A DNA stretch of 64,000 nt from Selaginella moellendorffii (lineage: Eukaryota; Plantae; Lycopodiophyta): assembly GCF_000143415.4 (NCBI RefSeq), contig NW_003314349.1, positions 9,172 to 73,171 on the forward strand, written 5' to 3'. The notes under the pieces were generated by a model. It was not told the origin of the DNA. It worked only from the letters and a program-made list of their open reading frames with translations, and did not search any database. How positions within the stretch are numbered: the first letter of the stretch is position 1; each line of letters begins with the position of its first letter. The position numbers and the translations under genes are program-made. Shown here piece after piece: positions 22,389-36,010 of the stretch.

Positions 22389-25300
22389 ATCTTGTGGACA
22401 ATGATATACTTGCGATTGGAAAAATATGTGAGTGTATGAACAAATTGGATGCAAGTTTAGAGGAAGGATGGTCAGATTATAGTTGATACATGAAACTTCA
22501 TTAGATCATGTATAACCGGTGGCATGAGTATCACTCACTCATGCACTCAATGGCATATATGCTAGACCCCAAGTTTCAAGAGCATGAAAAACATGCCAAC
22601 AGAGAAATCATGAAGGATTGGAATGTTTATCTGTTGGTCATATTTACATCCAATGGGAGGGATGTGATATGGGATGAGCTTTTAATTTACAAGAGGATAG
22701 GAGGTATTTTCAACTTGATTGATGCTAAAGTTGATCACATTAAGAAGGGAGTTGTACATTGGTGGGAGGACTATTGTTATGAAATTTTAGCTCTTTAGAA
22801 GTTGGCCATTCAAGTTCTAAGTCAGATATGCTCGTCATCCTCGGTGGAGAGATTGTTTAACACTTTCGAGCATGTGTGTTCAAAAAAGAGGAACAAATTT
22901 ACTATGGATAAGATAACAAATCTAATTTTTGTGGCTTGCAATAGTAGGTTGTTAACCTACAAAAATGACTATGACTACGACAAGTTTATGAGTTACAAAG
23001 TACTAGAGACAGTTCCTCATATGAAAAATAAACTTGAGTTAGAAGAGGAAGAGGAAGATGGAGATGATGTCGAAGATTGTGAGGTTGAAGATAATGATGA
23101 TTTGTAGGATGTTTGAGTAGTTCATATATAATAAAAAGTAGTATATTCCTAGAACAAAAAAGAGAATATTCTTAGAATATTTAGTAGAATATTCGTGAGC
23201 TATCATCCATAATGGTGTTCTATGGTCGAGTTTTTGAAATCTAAAGTTTGTGTTCATCTTTCGTGTTTATATTTGTAACTATGCACTCCATCAATAGAAA
23301 TTTATAACACCTAACACCATTAACTTTTGTTCACAACATGAACAAATTCTTTCTAACCAAACTCAAAACTAATCTAACACCAAGTTACTCAAGGATCAAT
23401 AATTAAGTTCCCCGAAAAAAAATTGAGCATTGTAACCCAAGCTTTTAATAGCAAGATTAAACAAAATGGTTTAACACTTCATTACTATCCATCCCACGAC
23501 TTACCACTTGTAAGACCTTCATAACTAACATGCATCAAGGTAACGACTCTTGATTGCATGATATGAATATGAGCAATGAGTCACAACTCATTGCAAATTA
23601 TCTCTCAAAAACGAGAAGATGATTTATATATTTGATCCTTCGTCTTTGACAACTCTTTTTTCAGACTTTACTTTGACTAAATCTGAAGTTTGCATTTGTA
23701 TTGCCTTCAGTTCAATCCAAGAAAAGTTTATGAGAGAGTGTGGCAATGACTACTTGAATCAATAGACTAATCCTTACAATTTTCATTAATCCACTTATAA
23801 TCACACTTAGGAAGGATCCACTAGTGCCGTGTTAAACAGCTACAATCCAGCCTATTTGCCACTCTTATCAAACCTAGGAGAGGTTTACTTTTACCCATGG
23901 TACATGGAACAACTTATGAAACCACTTATAGGCTAATATTAATCCTACCGACTCAAAGTGTAATCTTGAGTTGTTAATGTGCCTTATTCATGAGCCCAAG
24001 TGCAAATTCGTGCAAACAAAGCATTTCAATCCATCTTATGAGCCCAAGAGCAAGCTCATCTAATCTAGACGAAAAGGTAACTAAAATCCATACCAAGGAA
24101 TGAATACAAAACCTTTGCACCCAAATGTATACCCACTTGGATCATCTTTTTCATCTATGCATATGCAATGAGATTAGTTTCCCAATCTCATTGGATAGTA
24201 TTTGTTGAGACCCATTCTCTAATACCAAATATAACATATGTGATTTTCACCCTTTATCCTATTAAAAAAACCATGAAATGGAACCTAAACCCTCTATATC
24301 ATGTCACATGCCACATGCCACATATCCAAGGATAGTGGAGCAAAACTTAAATTTTAGAGCCTTGAGCCACTAAATTAAGGGATGGAGCCAAACTCCTAAG
24401 CTTGCAGCCAAGGAGTAAAAAAACCAAAGCATAGAGTGACTTTTGAATATTTAGACTAGGGAGTGAAGGGATAAAAGCATGAAGCAATTTAGAACAGTCC
24501 TAGAGCATTCAACATTTTAATGTTAAGACTAACATGCAAAATGGAGCCAAATGGAGTTAAAGGGCATCTAACACTATTTTAGCATTTTAGCATACCGCTG
24601 GCCTAATGTGAGTGTAGTGCACCTGAATTTGGAGCCAAACTCCAAGCCTATTGCACTACAAGACGAGGGTTCAGTACAATCCCACGAACACCAGTTCCCT
24701 GTATCCAGCACCTACATGCAAAATGGTGTCAAACGGAGTCTAGTACAATTTTGGCATACCCGGTGATCTAACGCGANNNNNNNNNNNNNNNNNNNNNNNN
24801 NNNNNNNNNNNNNNNNNNNNNNNNNNNNNNNNNNNNNNNNNNNNNNNNNNNNNNNNNNNNNNNNNNNNNNNNNNNNGGGGGGTCCCCCCCAATTAGACCC
24901 CCTTGGGGCATGGGTTTAAACCCATGTGGGGGGGGGAAAAAAAAACAACCCCGCCCCGGGGGGACCAAATTAAGTTTTCAAGGGGTGGGAAAGGCTTTTA
25001 AACCCCTTTTTTTTTTTTACTTTGGGGAGCCCCCCCCCCCCCCCCCCCCCCCCTACCCCTATAAGGAACACACACTTTGGGTTTTCACCCCAATCTTCTC
25101 TTAGTACCAGGAGTTAGTCTCTAGGACAAGCTCAAAACTTACATGGAATGTCCCTAGATTGCAAATTTAGACACGGGATGAACACCATTGTATTCAGGCT
25201 AATCTCTACATTCTACAGACATGCCAAATGAGCGAATTTAAACACTTTCCAAATAGCATTTGGGACAAAAATGAGACTAACACAAAGGGCATGATAGTGA

Positions 25301-25409
25301 GGGTATTTTGCAGATATGGTAAGCTATCATCTAACGAATATTAAGGGGTTAGTCTCAATATTGTGAGGGTTCCCAACACTAGCAAGTGCAAATCAACGAA
25401 TGAGTTTCT

Positions 25410-27180
25410 CTAACCAGATTAAGTATGCTTAACAAATAGCATGTAGGAATTCCATCCCTATGCTCATCTGGTCAAGTGCATACATGATAACTAGTTTCTT
25501 AACTAGTTTGAGTGGAGACCATAAAAGGGGCCAGCAGTACCGACCTTTTGCCATCGTGGCAGTAAGGAAAGAGTGTCCGTAAGGACTAGCCGACAAGTAT
25601 CTTTCGATACCCAAAGTCATATTCATGACACTCTCCCCCCCTTGGGGAAGATCGACATCCTCGTCGATGTATACTCAAGTCTAGCAAACTCTTAAGGAAA
25701 CAACTCTGAAAGTTAACTAAAAGCCATAGTATGTAGGAAACACATCGACTTAAATGAGTTATAGAACAACCTCTCTTCTATGTCCAAAGACGTTAAGACT
25801 CAGACACCCTCCGGCTATCACTAACAAGGAAATGACTAACGGAGTTAGCCACTCTTGTTGCTCCGAGTACCACTCGGCTTACAAAGGAATAATACATCCC
25901 TGTCCATAGGGACATAGGGAGAGGCCAAAGGCCCAACTGCCCCTAAGCAAGAAATCAACCCCATCAGGAAGATTTAGACAACTATTATAAACTGGTAAAT
26001 TAAGTTGTTTATACGACCACACCCTTTGCAAAAATGAGTCATTGAGAGAGAGGTAGGGACTTGTGATCAATTTATAATAGTTATCCCCATGGTTATGGAT
26101 TGGACCTATGCACCGAAGTGCCAAAGTCAGCCTACTAAAACTCACCCAAGTACTACAAACGAGAGAAACGAAACTTTGATTTATAGAAATATATTACTTT
26201 ATTAATTTGCAAGATTTATTACAAAGTTTACAAAAGCTAGTCTTTATTATTATTCTTATACTTCGTGACAAGCTTACACATGGGTAAGATTACTAAGAGG
26301 TTCCCAAGTTAATTCACAAGATGGGTAACCTTTCCACTTAACTAGATATTCCTTTGCATGACCACCACGTTTCCAGCGACATGATAGAATGCTTTCAACT
26401 TTGTATTCAGGTTCACCATCCACAACTTCTAGCAGTGGACAAATCTCCTCGTGGCACTTAACATCAATAGTGTAAGGAGCCAATAGATTGGCATGAAATA
26501 CATTATGAATATTGGACATCTCCATAAGAAGATCCAACTGATAGGATACATCACCAATTCGACACCCGATAGGGTCCAACATATCTCGGTAATAGCTTTC
26601 GAGACAAAGATCCCTTAATGTTCAAGTTCCAGGAAGATAGCCACACCTGATCTCCCACTTGATAGGATACATCTTGACAATGCTAATCCTTATCACATCC
26701 ATACCTATCCTGAGCTTTGCCCATCACCTCAGTAGCTCTAGACCAACCTTGGCATAGCTACTCCACATAAATTCAATGGCTGGGACCAACACTTTAGACA
26801 TTGGTTTCGGTACGACAATCTATTAAGGCACCCCATGAGCATTCCCTTGCAACATCTCCCATGGAGAATAACCAATAGTGCTGTGAAATGTGTTGTTATA
26901 ATAGATTTTTGCTGTGTCCAAATGCTCTACCCAATTGCATTGGTCCGCCACAACATAGTACCACAGATAATCCTCAACTTGAGCATTCATACCTTCGATC
27001 TGCCCATCAATTTAAGGATGATAAGCCATACTAAACTTCAACTTGGTACCAAACAGCTGGAACAATGTGCTCTAAAACTTCCTTGTAATCTCAAATCTCT
27101 ATCTAAAATCATCTCTTTGGGAAGACCATGAACCTGCACGACTTCATGGAAAAAAAGCTTTACCACTTGCTTCGCATTTA
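25410..27180 (-). mobile_element. Chromovirus (Ty3/gypsy) 3' fragment: integrase core, chromodomain, PPT and start of 3' LTR
   Basis: IHNVFHANLL then EYKVESILSCR...EYLVKWKGYP...TWEPLSNL (26274-26582). Integrase-like decayed sequence to 27180. PPT GGGGGGGAGAG immediately before TGTCATGA (25630, minus strand). Confidence 0.85.
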
Positions 27181-30100
27181 CTGTTTGAACATTTCCACTG
27201 CTTAAGGGCATTTACACAAACACTGTTCCAAGCTCAGTATAATCCCTTGAGGGCCAATGCTGCTTTATGGTACAGTTTGTTGCAATGTGGATCCATTGGA
27301 GGAGCATCCAGGGGTGAAAACTAGTTCTTCAGCCACCACAGTGGGATAGAGACTTCCATCTGTATGTCTCTCTCTTGGATGGAACGTGTGGGATAGCATT
27401 GTGTCAGTCAGCAAGATGATGATGACATGCTGAACTAGAGGCATGAGAGTAAGTTGCCAGCTCTAGTTGCAATAGGGGATGTGCAGGGTGACAGAGATGT
27501 GCCTGCTGCTGTTGGGAGCTTTGCCATATAGAGCGTGAGCAGGGTATTCCTTGAGTATCTTAAGATCCAACTACTAGAGTGATTTAAGGCATGAGATATA
27601 CATGGAATTTGGATAACCTTGAGAGTGTGTTTGCATTGTTGGGGGTGCCCTTCCCCCAAAAAATGGTGAACCTAGCACATACAAGCTTTTTTATTGGAGT
27701 TTCTTGGAGAAAGATTGAGATTTGAGGGCTCTTTTCTGAGTGTATTTTTTTATATTTTGGATGCGTTGGAGAGCTTAAAATCTCCTCTTTCTGATGAAGT
27801 ATGGTGCAAGCTCATCCATACAAGAAGATAGGAGATATTTGGGTTTTTTAGTCATGTGACACTTCCCATCACTTGGTTCATGGTTTATGAAAAGATTTGT
27901 CTTGTTAGTAGCACTCTGAGGAGTTCTACCATTGTTCACAATCCCACCACCATCCCCATTCAATCCTGTGAGTTTGAGAGATTTCCATATTGGTTTTCCT
28001 ATTTCTAATTTGAGATGAGTGGCATTTCGGCATGTTTTGTCATGGTTTCCTAGAGTTGTTAGTAGATTTTCTTGTCTAGGGTTTGGGTTAGCTTGCTAGA
28101 GAGACTTTTTGGTTGTTCATATAGCATTTTTTGTTCATCTTTCATGTTTATTTCTTCTTTTATGCTTATTAGAGGGATTTGCCTTATGTGAGAGGATTCT
28201 TTATGATCATTTTCTGGTGAGTATGAGTGTGTTTTAGTGCTTTGAGTGGTCTTGAGTGATCCACATTTTTCTTCCGACCCTGACAATTACTTAGAGGCCG
28301 CATTTGATGCCTGTTCAAGCTTGTGCTCATAGATCTGCTCAGCCAAAAGTGTTCTTTCACAGCACATTCCTTTAGGAATGTTTTCAAAAATCATGAAAGA
28401 GCTCAAATGTCCCCTCCCCCATAGCACATGCCATTTATGGGTATTTACTGCTGTCTACCTTTCAACATGGAACCTCCTATTATCCATGTTCTCCAGTGCT
28501 CCATGGAGATGCCACAGTTCACTCCTGGACAAGGTGTTGATGATGAAGAACACATCTAATGTTTTGCCACTGATATTGCACATAATTATATCAATGACAA
28601 TAATCTCATCCATGAGCATTTCTTGTTTTTACTTTTTGGTAAAGCCCATGAGTGGGCACCTTCACTCCTCCCCACAGAGCGGTCATACCTATGATAAGAA
28701 AGTTTTGCAAGAAATTTAGGAACGAGAAGACTAATCAACAACTCTATTCAGAACTTTTCTTTTTCTGGCAGTGATACAATGATAGCATTGTGGATTATGT
28801 CATTTTCTTCAAGCATCATTGGAAGGCATGCCTTGCTTAGAACCTCATAAGTACAAGAGCCAGTTATCTTTGCATTTGTTCAAGGTCTCAAGTTGATGAT
28901 CTAGCACAAAGTTTTCATAGTATTACCAATACCTTTGAGCATGCCAAGAAGTTAGAGCAAGAGTATCTCTAGAACTTGTCATCTCGCCCAGCACTGAGGG
29001 TAATTGTCCACCAATCAAATAGCTTCTAGTGTCCCAATAGCTCCAATCAAGGAGAAACTCCCACCTACAATTGCATAGGCACTAGACAAGCTTCAAACTT
29101 AGAAGTAGCTATCCAGTAGTAGCAAAAGTAGTATGATAAGTTGAGGAGTTGAGATCATCCAACCTTAGGCCACACACCAATTCTTTTGAGATGTATTTAA
29201 CCTATATAGAAACAAACTAAACCTACATAGAAATGGGTTTTTAATTTTCCTAAATGGTGACTTTGCCCTTGAAGGTTTGAATCCTAGTTGTAATACGAAA
29301 TATGGTTAGCATCTTGGTTTTTATATGCTTTTTAGTAACTTGTAATTGCACCTGCAGTTTGTTGTAGATATTATATACTTCATAAGATTCTAAATAGCAA
29401 TTAAATCAGCTAAAATTTTACAAATATATAATATTATGATATAGATTAAAATATAAAATCTATTAAAATTTATATTCTAGAAATTGTTTTTCTAGAATAC
29501 ATGTTATACTTGATTATATTCTGAATTTTTATAAATAATCTGGTACATATTTTTGATACATTTTTATTACGTTTTATAACTAAATGTAAAAGGTCTAAAT
29601 TTTACATCTATTTTTCTTTTTAAAATAAACTATAAACTATACCATAGAACATACTTTAATAAACTATATAATAAGAACTCTCAACAAGCTTTCTACCAAA
29701 CCAAGTGTTTGCCATGCTGAAACTAACAAAGAATAAATGAAGTTTTACTAATAAATCTTAATTGTGGCATTAATGGTTTTCAAACAATTCTCTATCTTTC
29801 AAACAGCTTTATGAAAACAGCTTTATGAGGGCTAATAGTTGATAATCTAGAACAGTAGAAAAACCTCTTCCACTTCTATTCTGTGAATCTGTTGGTGCCC
29901 TAAAGCTATGTTAAGTCTTAACTTATATTAATCTAAATAGGCCTAAATGGGCTTATCTCTTGAAACCAGTACCAGATTGGTGAGAGTGGGCATTCTAGCA
30001 ATTTGGCCTACAACTGGATTATTTAGCAAGGGCATGGAGGCTCTATGATATAGATGAGTCCTCCGAGTACTTATCCCAAAGCTTTTCTTTCACCTCTTCA

Positions 30101-33099
30101 TCTCTGCTAACAAGTGCCTGGGCATTGCAGTTGTAGCTGGCCATTGCGGCTGTGCAGCCATGGCCAGCTGTGTCTGGCTCATGGCAACGGCTGAGACTAG
30201 CCAAGGCTGCCTGCTCACACTCCAAGCCAAGCTCTAACAGAGTTGACTACAGTATGGTGACCACATACAATGCATTGTCATAGTTCGAAGTATGAAAAAA
30301 ATCATTTTAAGTACTGCATCATTTGTGACTGATGCCATCCCAATAACTTTGCTTGCTGCTGCCAAGGTCCAGAATGATATGCTGTGAGCTGCCCATGCTA
30401 GAGAGAAATCTCGCAAGCTCAATCCTAATAAATCGGCACCTTATGTGAAACTTTTGTTGTTTGTTTCAAGCCAGCTATCTTTCTTGGAGAAAGATAGCTG
30501 GAGAGTGCCATAGCTAGCTCTCTCTGTGAACCATAACAACAGTTGGAATCCCACACAGATTCAGCCGAGACAGCTGTGACAATCAGACCCACGCATGGAT
30601 CCCATCCCACAATCATTCATGTGATCTGGCTAACTCACCCAGTAATCCTTGGCAGCATTTCTGCCTCGTGAACTTGTTTGATTGATGAGTGAGCCCTGCC
30701 GAGAGAGCATGCTGCCACATTTTTGCAGTGCTCATCAGGGAATGGTGACTCAAGAATTGGGCCCATCCTTGCTCGCTGTTGTCTCAGAAGCCCTAGTGCC
30801 ATGCTGTGGTGAAACCCATGGCTGGGGAATCTCAGGCTGCTGTGCAATGCACCCTAGCAGCAATCTTGTGAGTCATTACCGTGGCTGCTATGGATTGCCA
30901 GCATGTTGTGTTGCTTCGAAATCTACAAGTGCGTGAGAGAAGTATAACAAGATTTAAAGTTTACACATAATTTGGAATGAATAGATATTTGTATTACAGA
31001 AAAAGCAATTAAAATATACTATTTCTGATTGTTGTGATTTCCACAACTGAATTTTTTGGTGTCTCAAAATGGACAATAATATTTGCCTCATTCAATAGAA
31101 AGAATCCTATTGGTTTTAAAGACAGATAAAGAGCAATCTTTTTTTGGGAACTCCATAGCAAACTTAACCATAAACTCACCTTTCATCCAAATTATAAATT
31201 TTATCCACCATTTTATCAAGTATTGTAACTCTATATTCCATCTTATCATCTATTATTGTAACTGATTTATGAGGGATGGTACTTTCCACAAACAACAAAA
31301 CCATTTTCCTTCTCCTCTAACATTGTGAAAGAGCAAAATGAGCAAAGACTTTCAACTTGAGTAAGGCTTTGTTGGTTGTCAGAGATGAAATATCCACTAA
31401 TCTATATAATTGAAAGGTCAAAATGGAAAAGAAATATAAAAAATTTACATTACCTTGTCTTTAGAAGTGAGGCCATAGTACATTGAGGCCATAGTACTTT
31501 TTATAAACTTTATTGAGCCTCTGAATTTCATTTGAGTCAACTAGTGCCAAGAATAAAGTACTTCCAAGTGTTGCTAAATCACCCGATACACTCATGCTTT
31601 TCATAATATTAAAAAATAAAAACTTTGGCATGTATCTAGCATATAGATCTTCATGCTTCAGGTGCACATAGAGTTGTGAATAACATCTTAGAAATGGAAA
31701 ACTAAACAGAAAAAACATTACCATAGTCACATCCAAAGGATTATCAAAAGAAACAATCTTTATTTCAGGAAAAACACTAATGTTGATTGCAACAGCATGT
31801 ATAGCTTATCAATAAAGTATAGTAGCCATCAAAGATGATATAGAAGCATCTCTAGTTGGTTGCAATCTTAGTTTAACATATGATAAAAGAATTTGTAACA
31901 TAAAGAACTTCCTCTTAAGTTCCATGGTAGAAAATAGGGTTCTTCTATCATTCGGAAGAGAATTATAATCTTGTTAATTTTTAACGAATAAATTACAAGT
32001 GAGAAGCACTTTAAACCTCTTACATAATTAGGGTTTGCAAGCCATGTATATTTGTATAATCCATTATATAAGCAGGGTATTTTGCACTTTGCAGAGTGTA
32101 AGATGAACACAGGAAATGAAGTTTATAAGATAACTTTATAACTTTATAAGGTTTGCAAGATGAACTTTATAAGTTCCATACCTAGGTAAAGATAAAATCA
32201 AAATTAAATTAAAAAAAGGATTTCAAAACCATACATAGATAAAACCTTAAGCTCAAAAGTCTTAGTTGAATTGTTTTTTCAAAGACAAGTGATGCAATAG
32301 TAGCTTTAAGGATGGTTGGCTTTGTCCTCTTTATTTGTCAAATTACAAAACTAAAAGGAAAGAAATGAACAAAAAATCTCATAAGAACTCATATTTTTTT
32401 GACAAATGCTTAGCTATTATTTGATATTGAATGTAAAGTCTTGGACTTCTTTAAAGGTCACCCATAACAATACTACTCAAACACAAAAGTGCTCAATTCC
32501 ACATATTATAAGATGATAATTCCTCAACAACAGGATTGTGTGACAAGTACTAAACAACATCCATAAAGGTATATCTATGTGATTGATTAGACCCAGTTAA
32601 TCTATGATAGTAAAAATAGCTAAAAATAAACTAGTCTTTACTTTGAAGAATCAAGAACAAAAAACAAAAAAAATTGAGCAAAAATGTAGAATCCCGCCAC
32701 ATTTACTATTGATCTAGGTTTAGGGTTAACATGGCCCTATCAAGGAAAGTCAGCCGGCTAGGATGTAAGTTCCCCTTGATCCTCTCGATTCTATTCCCAA
32801 TCGTATTTCCTAGAAAGATTTTGTGGTGGGCACTCTTGCAGGATTACGGTGCCCCTGATTTCGTGCCTCCAGCAATGATCTCTGGGATGGGAATTGATGC
32901 AGTGATCAGCCGCACACAGTGGTATTCCCGTCACTTGTTTTATTCTTTTACAGCAGATATTGAGAGTGTTTATCCACACCAATCCTGGAACAAAGCTCGC
33001 AAGGTGAATCCTTGCAAAGAACATGAGAGCTTTGTAGAGGAAGAAAATCTTGTAGCTTTGCTTGTAGACGCAATGAGCCTCCGGTTCTTGATCCTCGAT

Positions 33100-33540
33100 T
33101 CTCTCTGCTAAGAAATGCAAGATCAAAAGCTTGTGGAGGCTTGTATAGCTAGAAATGTTTGGAAGTTTGCAAGAAGTACAAGTTACTGTCTTGCTATCTT
33201 GTCTTGTCAAAGGATCAATCTCTTGCAGCCAAAGCCAGAAATGGTGAGCGTGATCCATGAATCCAGCACAGCTGTAAGCACTCAAAAGAGTGCAAAAGGT
33301 GATGGCGTCCAGCTAACAAGATCCATCCAGCCTCATTTCCTAAAACATCTCCAGAGACTCCTTGCTCTTCCATTCTGAGTGTAGCACGAAAAGATTGAGT
33401 TCCAGGACACAATATCACAATGGTGTTCCATCCACAGATCCCAGAATACAAGTACAGCGGACTTGAGTCTTCACACCACCATACATGGAGATTAACACAT
33501 TTCCATGCTTGCAATGGTGAGAGTGGAGAGACTCGGACTA
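33100..33540 (-). pseudogene. PPR pseudogene fragment
   Basis: Frameshifted motifs GNVLISMYG, DIVSWNSIFSCYTQNG and DAITFCTLLSAYSCAG. Confidence 0.65.
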
Positions 33541-34729
33541 GTTATCCAGCCAAACGGTACCACTTTGAAGCCTTCGGGGTGTGTCAGCTGGGAAAATAAG
33601 GCACGTTAAAATATGTTGTACTATATCCATCTATGAATGGATGAATCCTCATCCAAAAATTTATTTTGTGTTGTATTAAATCCTAAACAATATGCACGTG
33701 CTTTAAATGTCATTGAGCAGTGTTCACAATTATGGATAAAACTTGAGTTGTATTACAAATCAAATCTGTCATTGAAGAATAAAATTTAACAAGATTTATT
33801 ATCATCTACCACTTAAAATTTGACAACTTGACAAATTCCCCATGCCAACACAAGTATCGATCATTGCTAGGTAGTTAAGATTGTTGAGCTTGACACCAGT
33901 TTAATCCATGAGCTCAAAACTTTAAGAGCTCCCTTGCCATTGCCACTTTAGACGTAGGCCCCAATCAATGCATTGTAAGTCATGGTGTTTCTTAGGTCTT
34001 TTGGAGTGTGAGTAAGAGCCTCACGAGCTCACAATGATACAAAGTGGTTAGGAAAGTTTAAAAATTATAAATAAAAAATTAATCTAAATAAATAATAATT
34101 TTCTACATGTTGCATGTAGCAATGTTTGGTTTTCTTAATAGTAGTGTTATTACTACTTATTAATCCAATTGATCAAATAAAAGTTTATAATTTATAAACA
34201 CAAAATTAATCTTATTGTATATCAACCATTAAATGGTAGAATAAAAAATAATATACTAGAAAGTGTTTAAGTAAATATATATATTTATAAACATGTTTAT
34301 AAATTATAAATAAAAAATTAATCTAAATGAATAACAACCATTAAATGGTGAAATATCCTAGAATATTCAAATATATTCTAGATATATTCACTACCATCCT
34401 AACCCCCTACAGGTTTTCTTAAGTAAACTAAAAACCATTAAATCTTAGATTATTTAGGTATATTTACTACCATCTTATAGATTTGGTTAAACAAACCAAA
34501 AATGCTAAAACATAATATTTAAAAATAATCATGCTCTTTTTGTATATTCTTATCACTGTTCTACCTTAAACCTAAAAGATGAGGAATAGATCAGATTGAA
34601 TTTGAAGAAAAAAAAGTTTTAGGGGAACATATCCTTGTGGATAATCAGGGTTAGGCAAGAAAGGTTAAATGCAGGCAAAAAAAAATGGTACTGGCACACT
34701 ATTCGCAGTGAGAGGGCGAGATTAAAACC

Positions 34730-34975
34730 AAGGTGGTGCCGAGTGCTTTGCTCTCCACACTCGTCTACGACGACCAAGACAAACGCAACGAGTTGCTGGC
34801 ATGGTGATCACCACATACGGAGTCATGGCGAAGGAGCAGAGGTCTTTGATCCCGACCGTGCAGATTGGATCCTGGAAAGGCAGTACCTTCTGGGCAATGT
34901 GGAGTGGCATATGGTGGTAGGCACAATCTGGAATGCCTACACACAAGTCTCACTCTCTTGCAGGCATCTCTCAAG
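34730..34975 (+). pseudogene. SNF2 (RAD5/RAD16-like) helicase fragment
   Basis: Across frameshifts: LSTLVYD, VITTYGVMAKE, LGNVEWHMVV, TIWNAYTQVSLSCRHL. These flank SNF2 motif II, but the LDEAH core is missing. Confidence 0.6.
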
Positions 34976-35763
34976 GTCTTTCAGGAACGCCATTCCAGAA
35001 TAACATCAAAGATTTTTCTGCTTTCTTCGGGTTCAGCCCTGGAGAGGGAACTTCGAAAGGTGTACCAGGATAGGATCAGCAAGTACAGGAGTAAAGGGAC
35101 GTTGCACATAAACGGGTTTAGCATCTTGAGCATGTTGCGTGCGGTTGAGGCAGATGTGCGACCATCCAGCTTGAACATCTATTTCAAGTTGACATGATCT
35201 GATCACGGAGGATGGAACTGATGAGGGAGGCCGTCAGAAGCTCCAGCTCGAGGCCCGGGAGAAGCAAGAGGAGCTTGATCGTAGCGTGCAAGAGATTGGC
35301 CAGTCGGCAAAGCCGCGTTAAGGGTACAAGACATGATCCCTCGGGGATCATCTGGACGTCATGATCAATGCTCGACCTGATCTGAGCTGGAGGGAGCCGG
35401 GATCCAGTTCTCCAGAAACTTAATTTCCCAAGAGATTTCTGGAAATAAGGAAACAGTGGACATGGAATGGAAGCGATGGAACGCATCGCCATAGAGAGGA
35501 ATCTTCTCCAAGCCGAGAGCACGACGTCAAATCCAAATGAGCATTGAAGCACTCTCATGAGACGCAACTCCAAGCTGAAAATGCCCGACTTCCTCGCATG
35601 TTCTCTTATTCTCTCTTGACTTCCTGTAATCACGCACACAACCATGGCTGTCGAAACGAAAGCTGTTCTGTGCTCAGAAGTATAAAGTCCTGGTCACTTG
35701 TGGAGCTTGCAAGCCGTGAGCGAGATCACGTCGGGATGGAAAAGCATAACCCAACTTGCCAGT

Positions 35764-36010
35764 TCACGCTAGAGACCGATCACACATGAGCCGTGACTCC
35801 ACGCCAGTCGTGGCTAGGAAGAACTGGATCCCATCACGGAGAGTCCCTCTGTGGGCATATGCTACAAGCATTGGGTTCCAGAGGATTGAATCGCAGGTGT
35901 TGCAATTGAAGATAGATTCTAGGCACCATTTCTGGATGATCGAGCGCAGGTTCCAGATCCATGCTCGCATGGATGCCATGATGATTGTGTTCCAGGATAC
36001 CCCTTATGGC
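35764..36010 (-). pseudogene. Small PPR fragment
   Basis: GVSWNTIIMA and DSILWNPMLVAYAHRG motifs. Confidence 0.5.

Larger units (their letters stand above)
19202..23283 (+). mobile_element. hAT DNA transposon, full-length but pseudogenised (BED-finger remnant, DUF659 region, C-terminal dimerisation domain)
   Basis: TIRs TATAGTTAC / GTAACTATG and 8-bp TSD CACTCCAC (19194-19201) / CACTCCAT (23284-23291). GAACAC-rich subterminal repeats at 19210-19360. Peptides YTPPKYDDLREKLL, AYMLDPKF, HWWEDY, LAIQVLSQICSSSSVERLF, KKRNK. Confidence 0.92.
16500..24770 (-). mobile_element. Decayed LTR retrotransposon (same family as 560-4400) hosting the hAT insertion
   Basis: LTR-end-like ...CATATGTTATA followed by PBS-like TGGTATTAGAG (24217-24227, minus strand). 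Inverted similarity to 560-3900. Boundaries approximate. Confidence 0.55.

Noticed and set aside
24877-25070. G/C homopolymer-rich stretch (also 40430-40570) as G-quadruplex or Pro-rich ORF
   Set aside because: Directly abuts gaps and looks like low-quality read ends.
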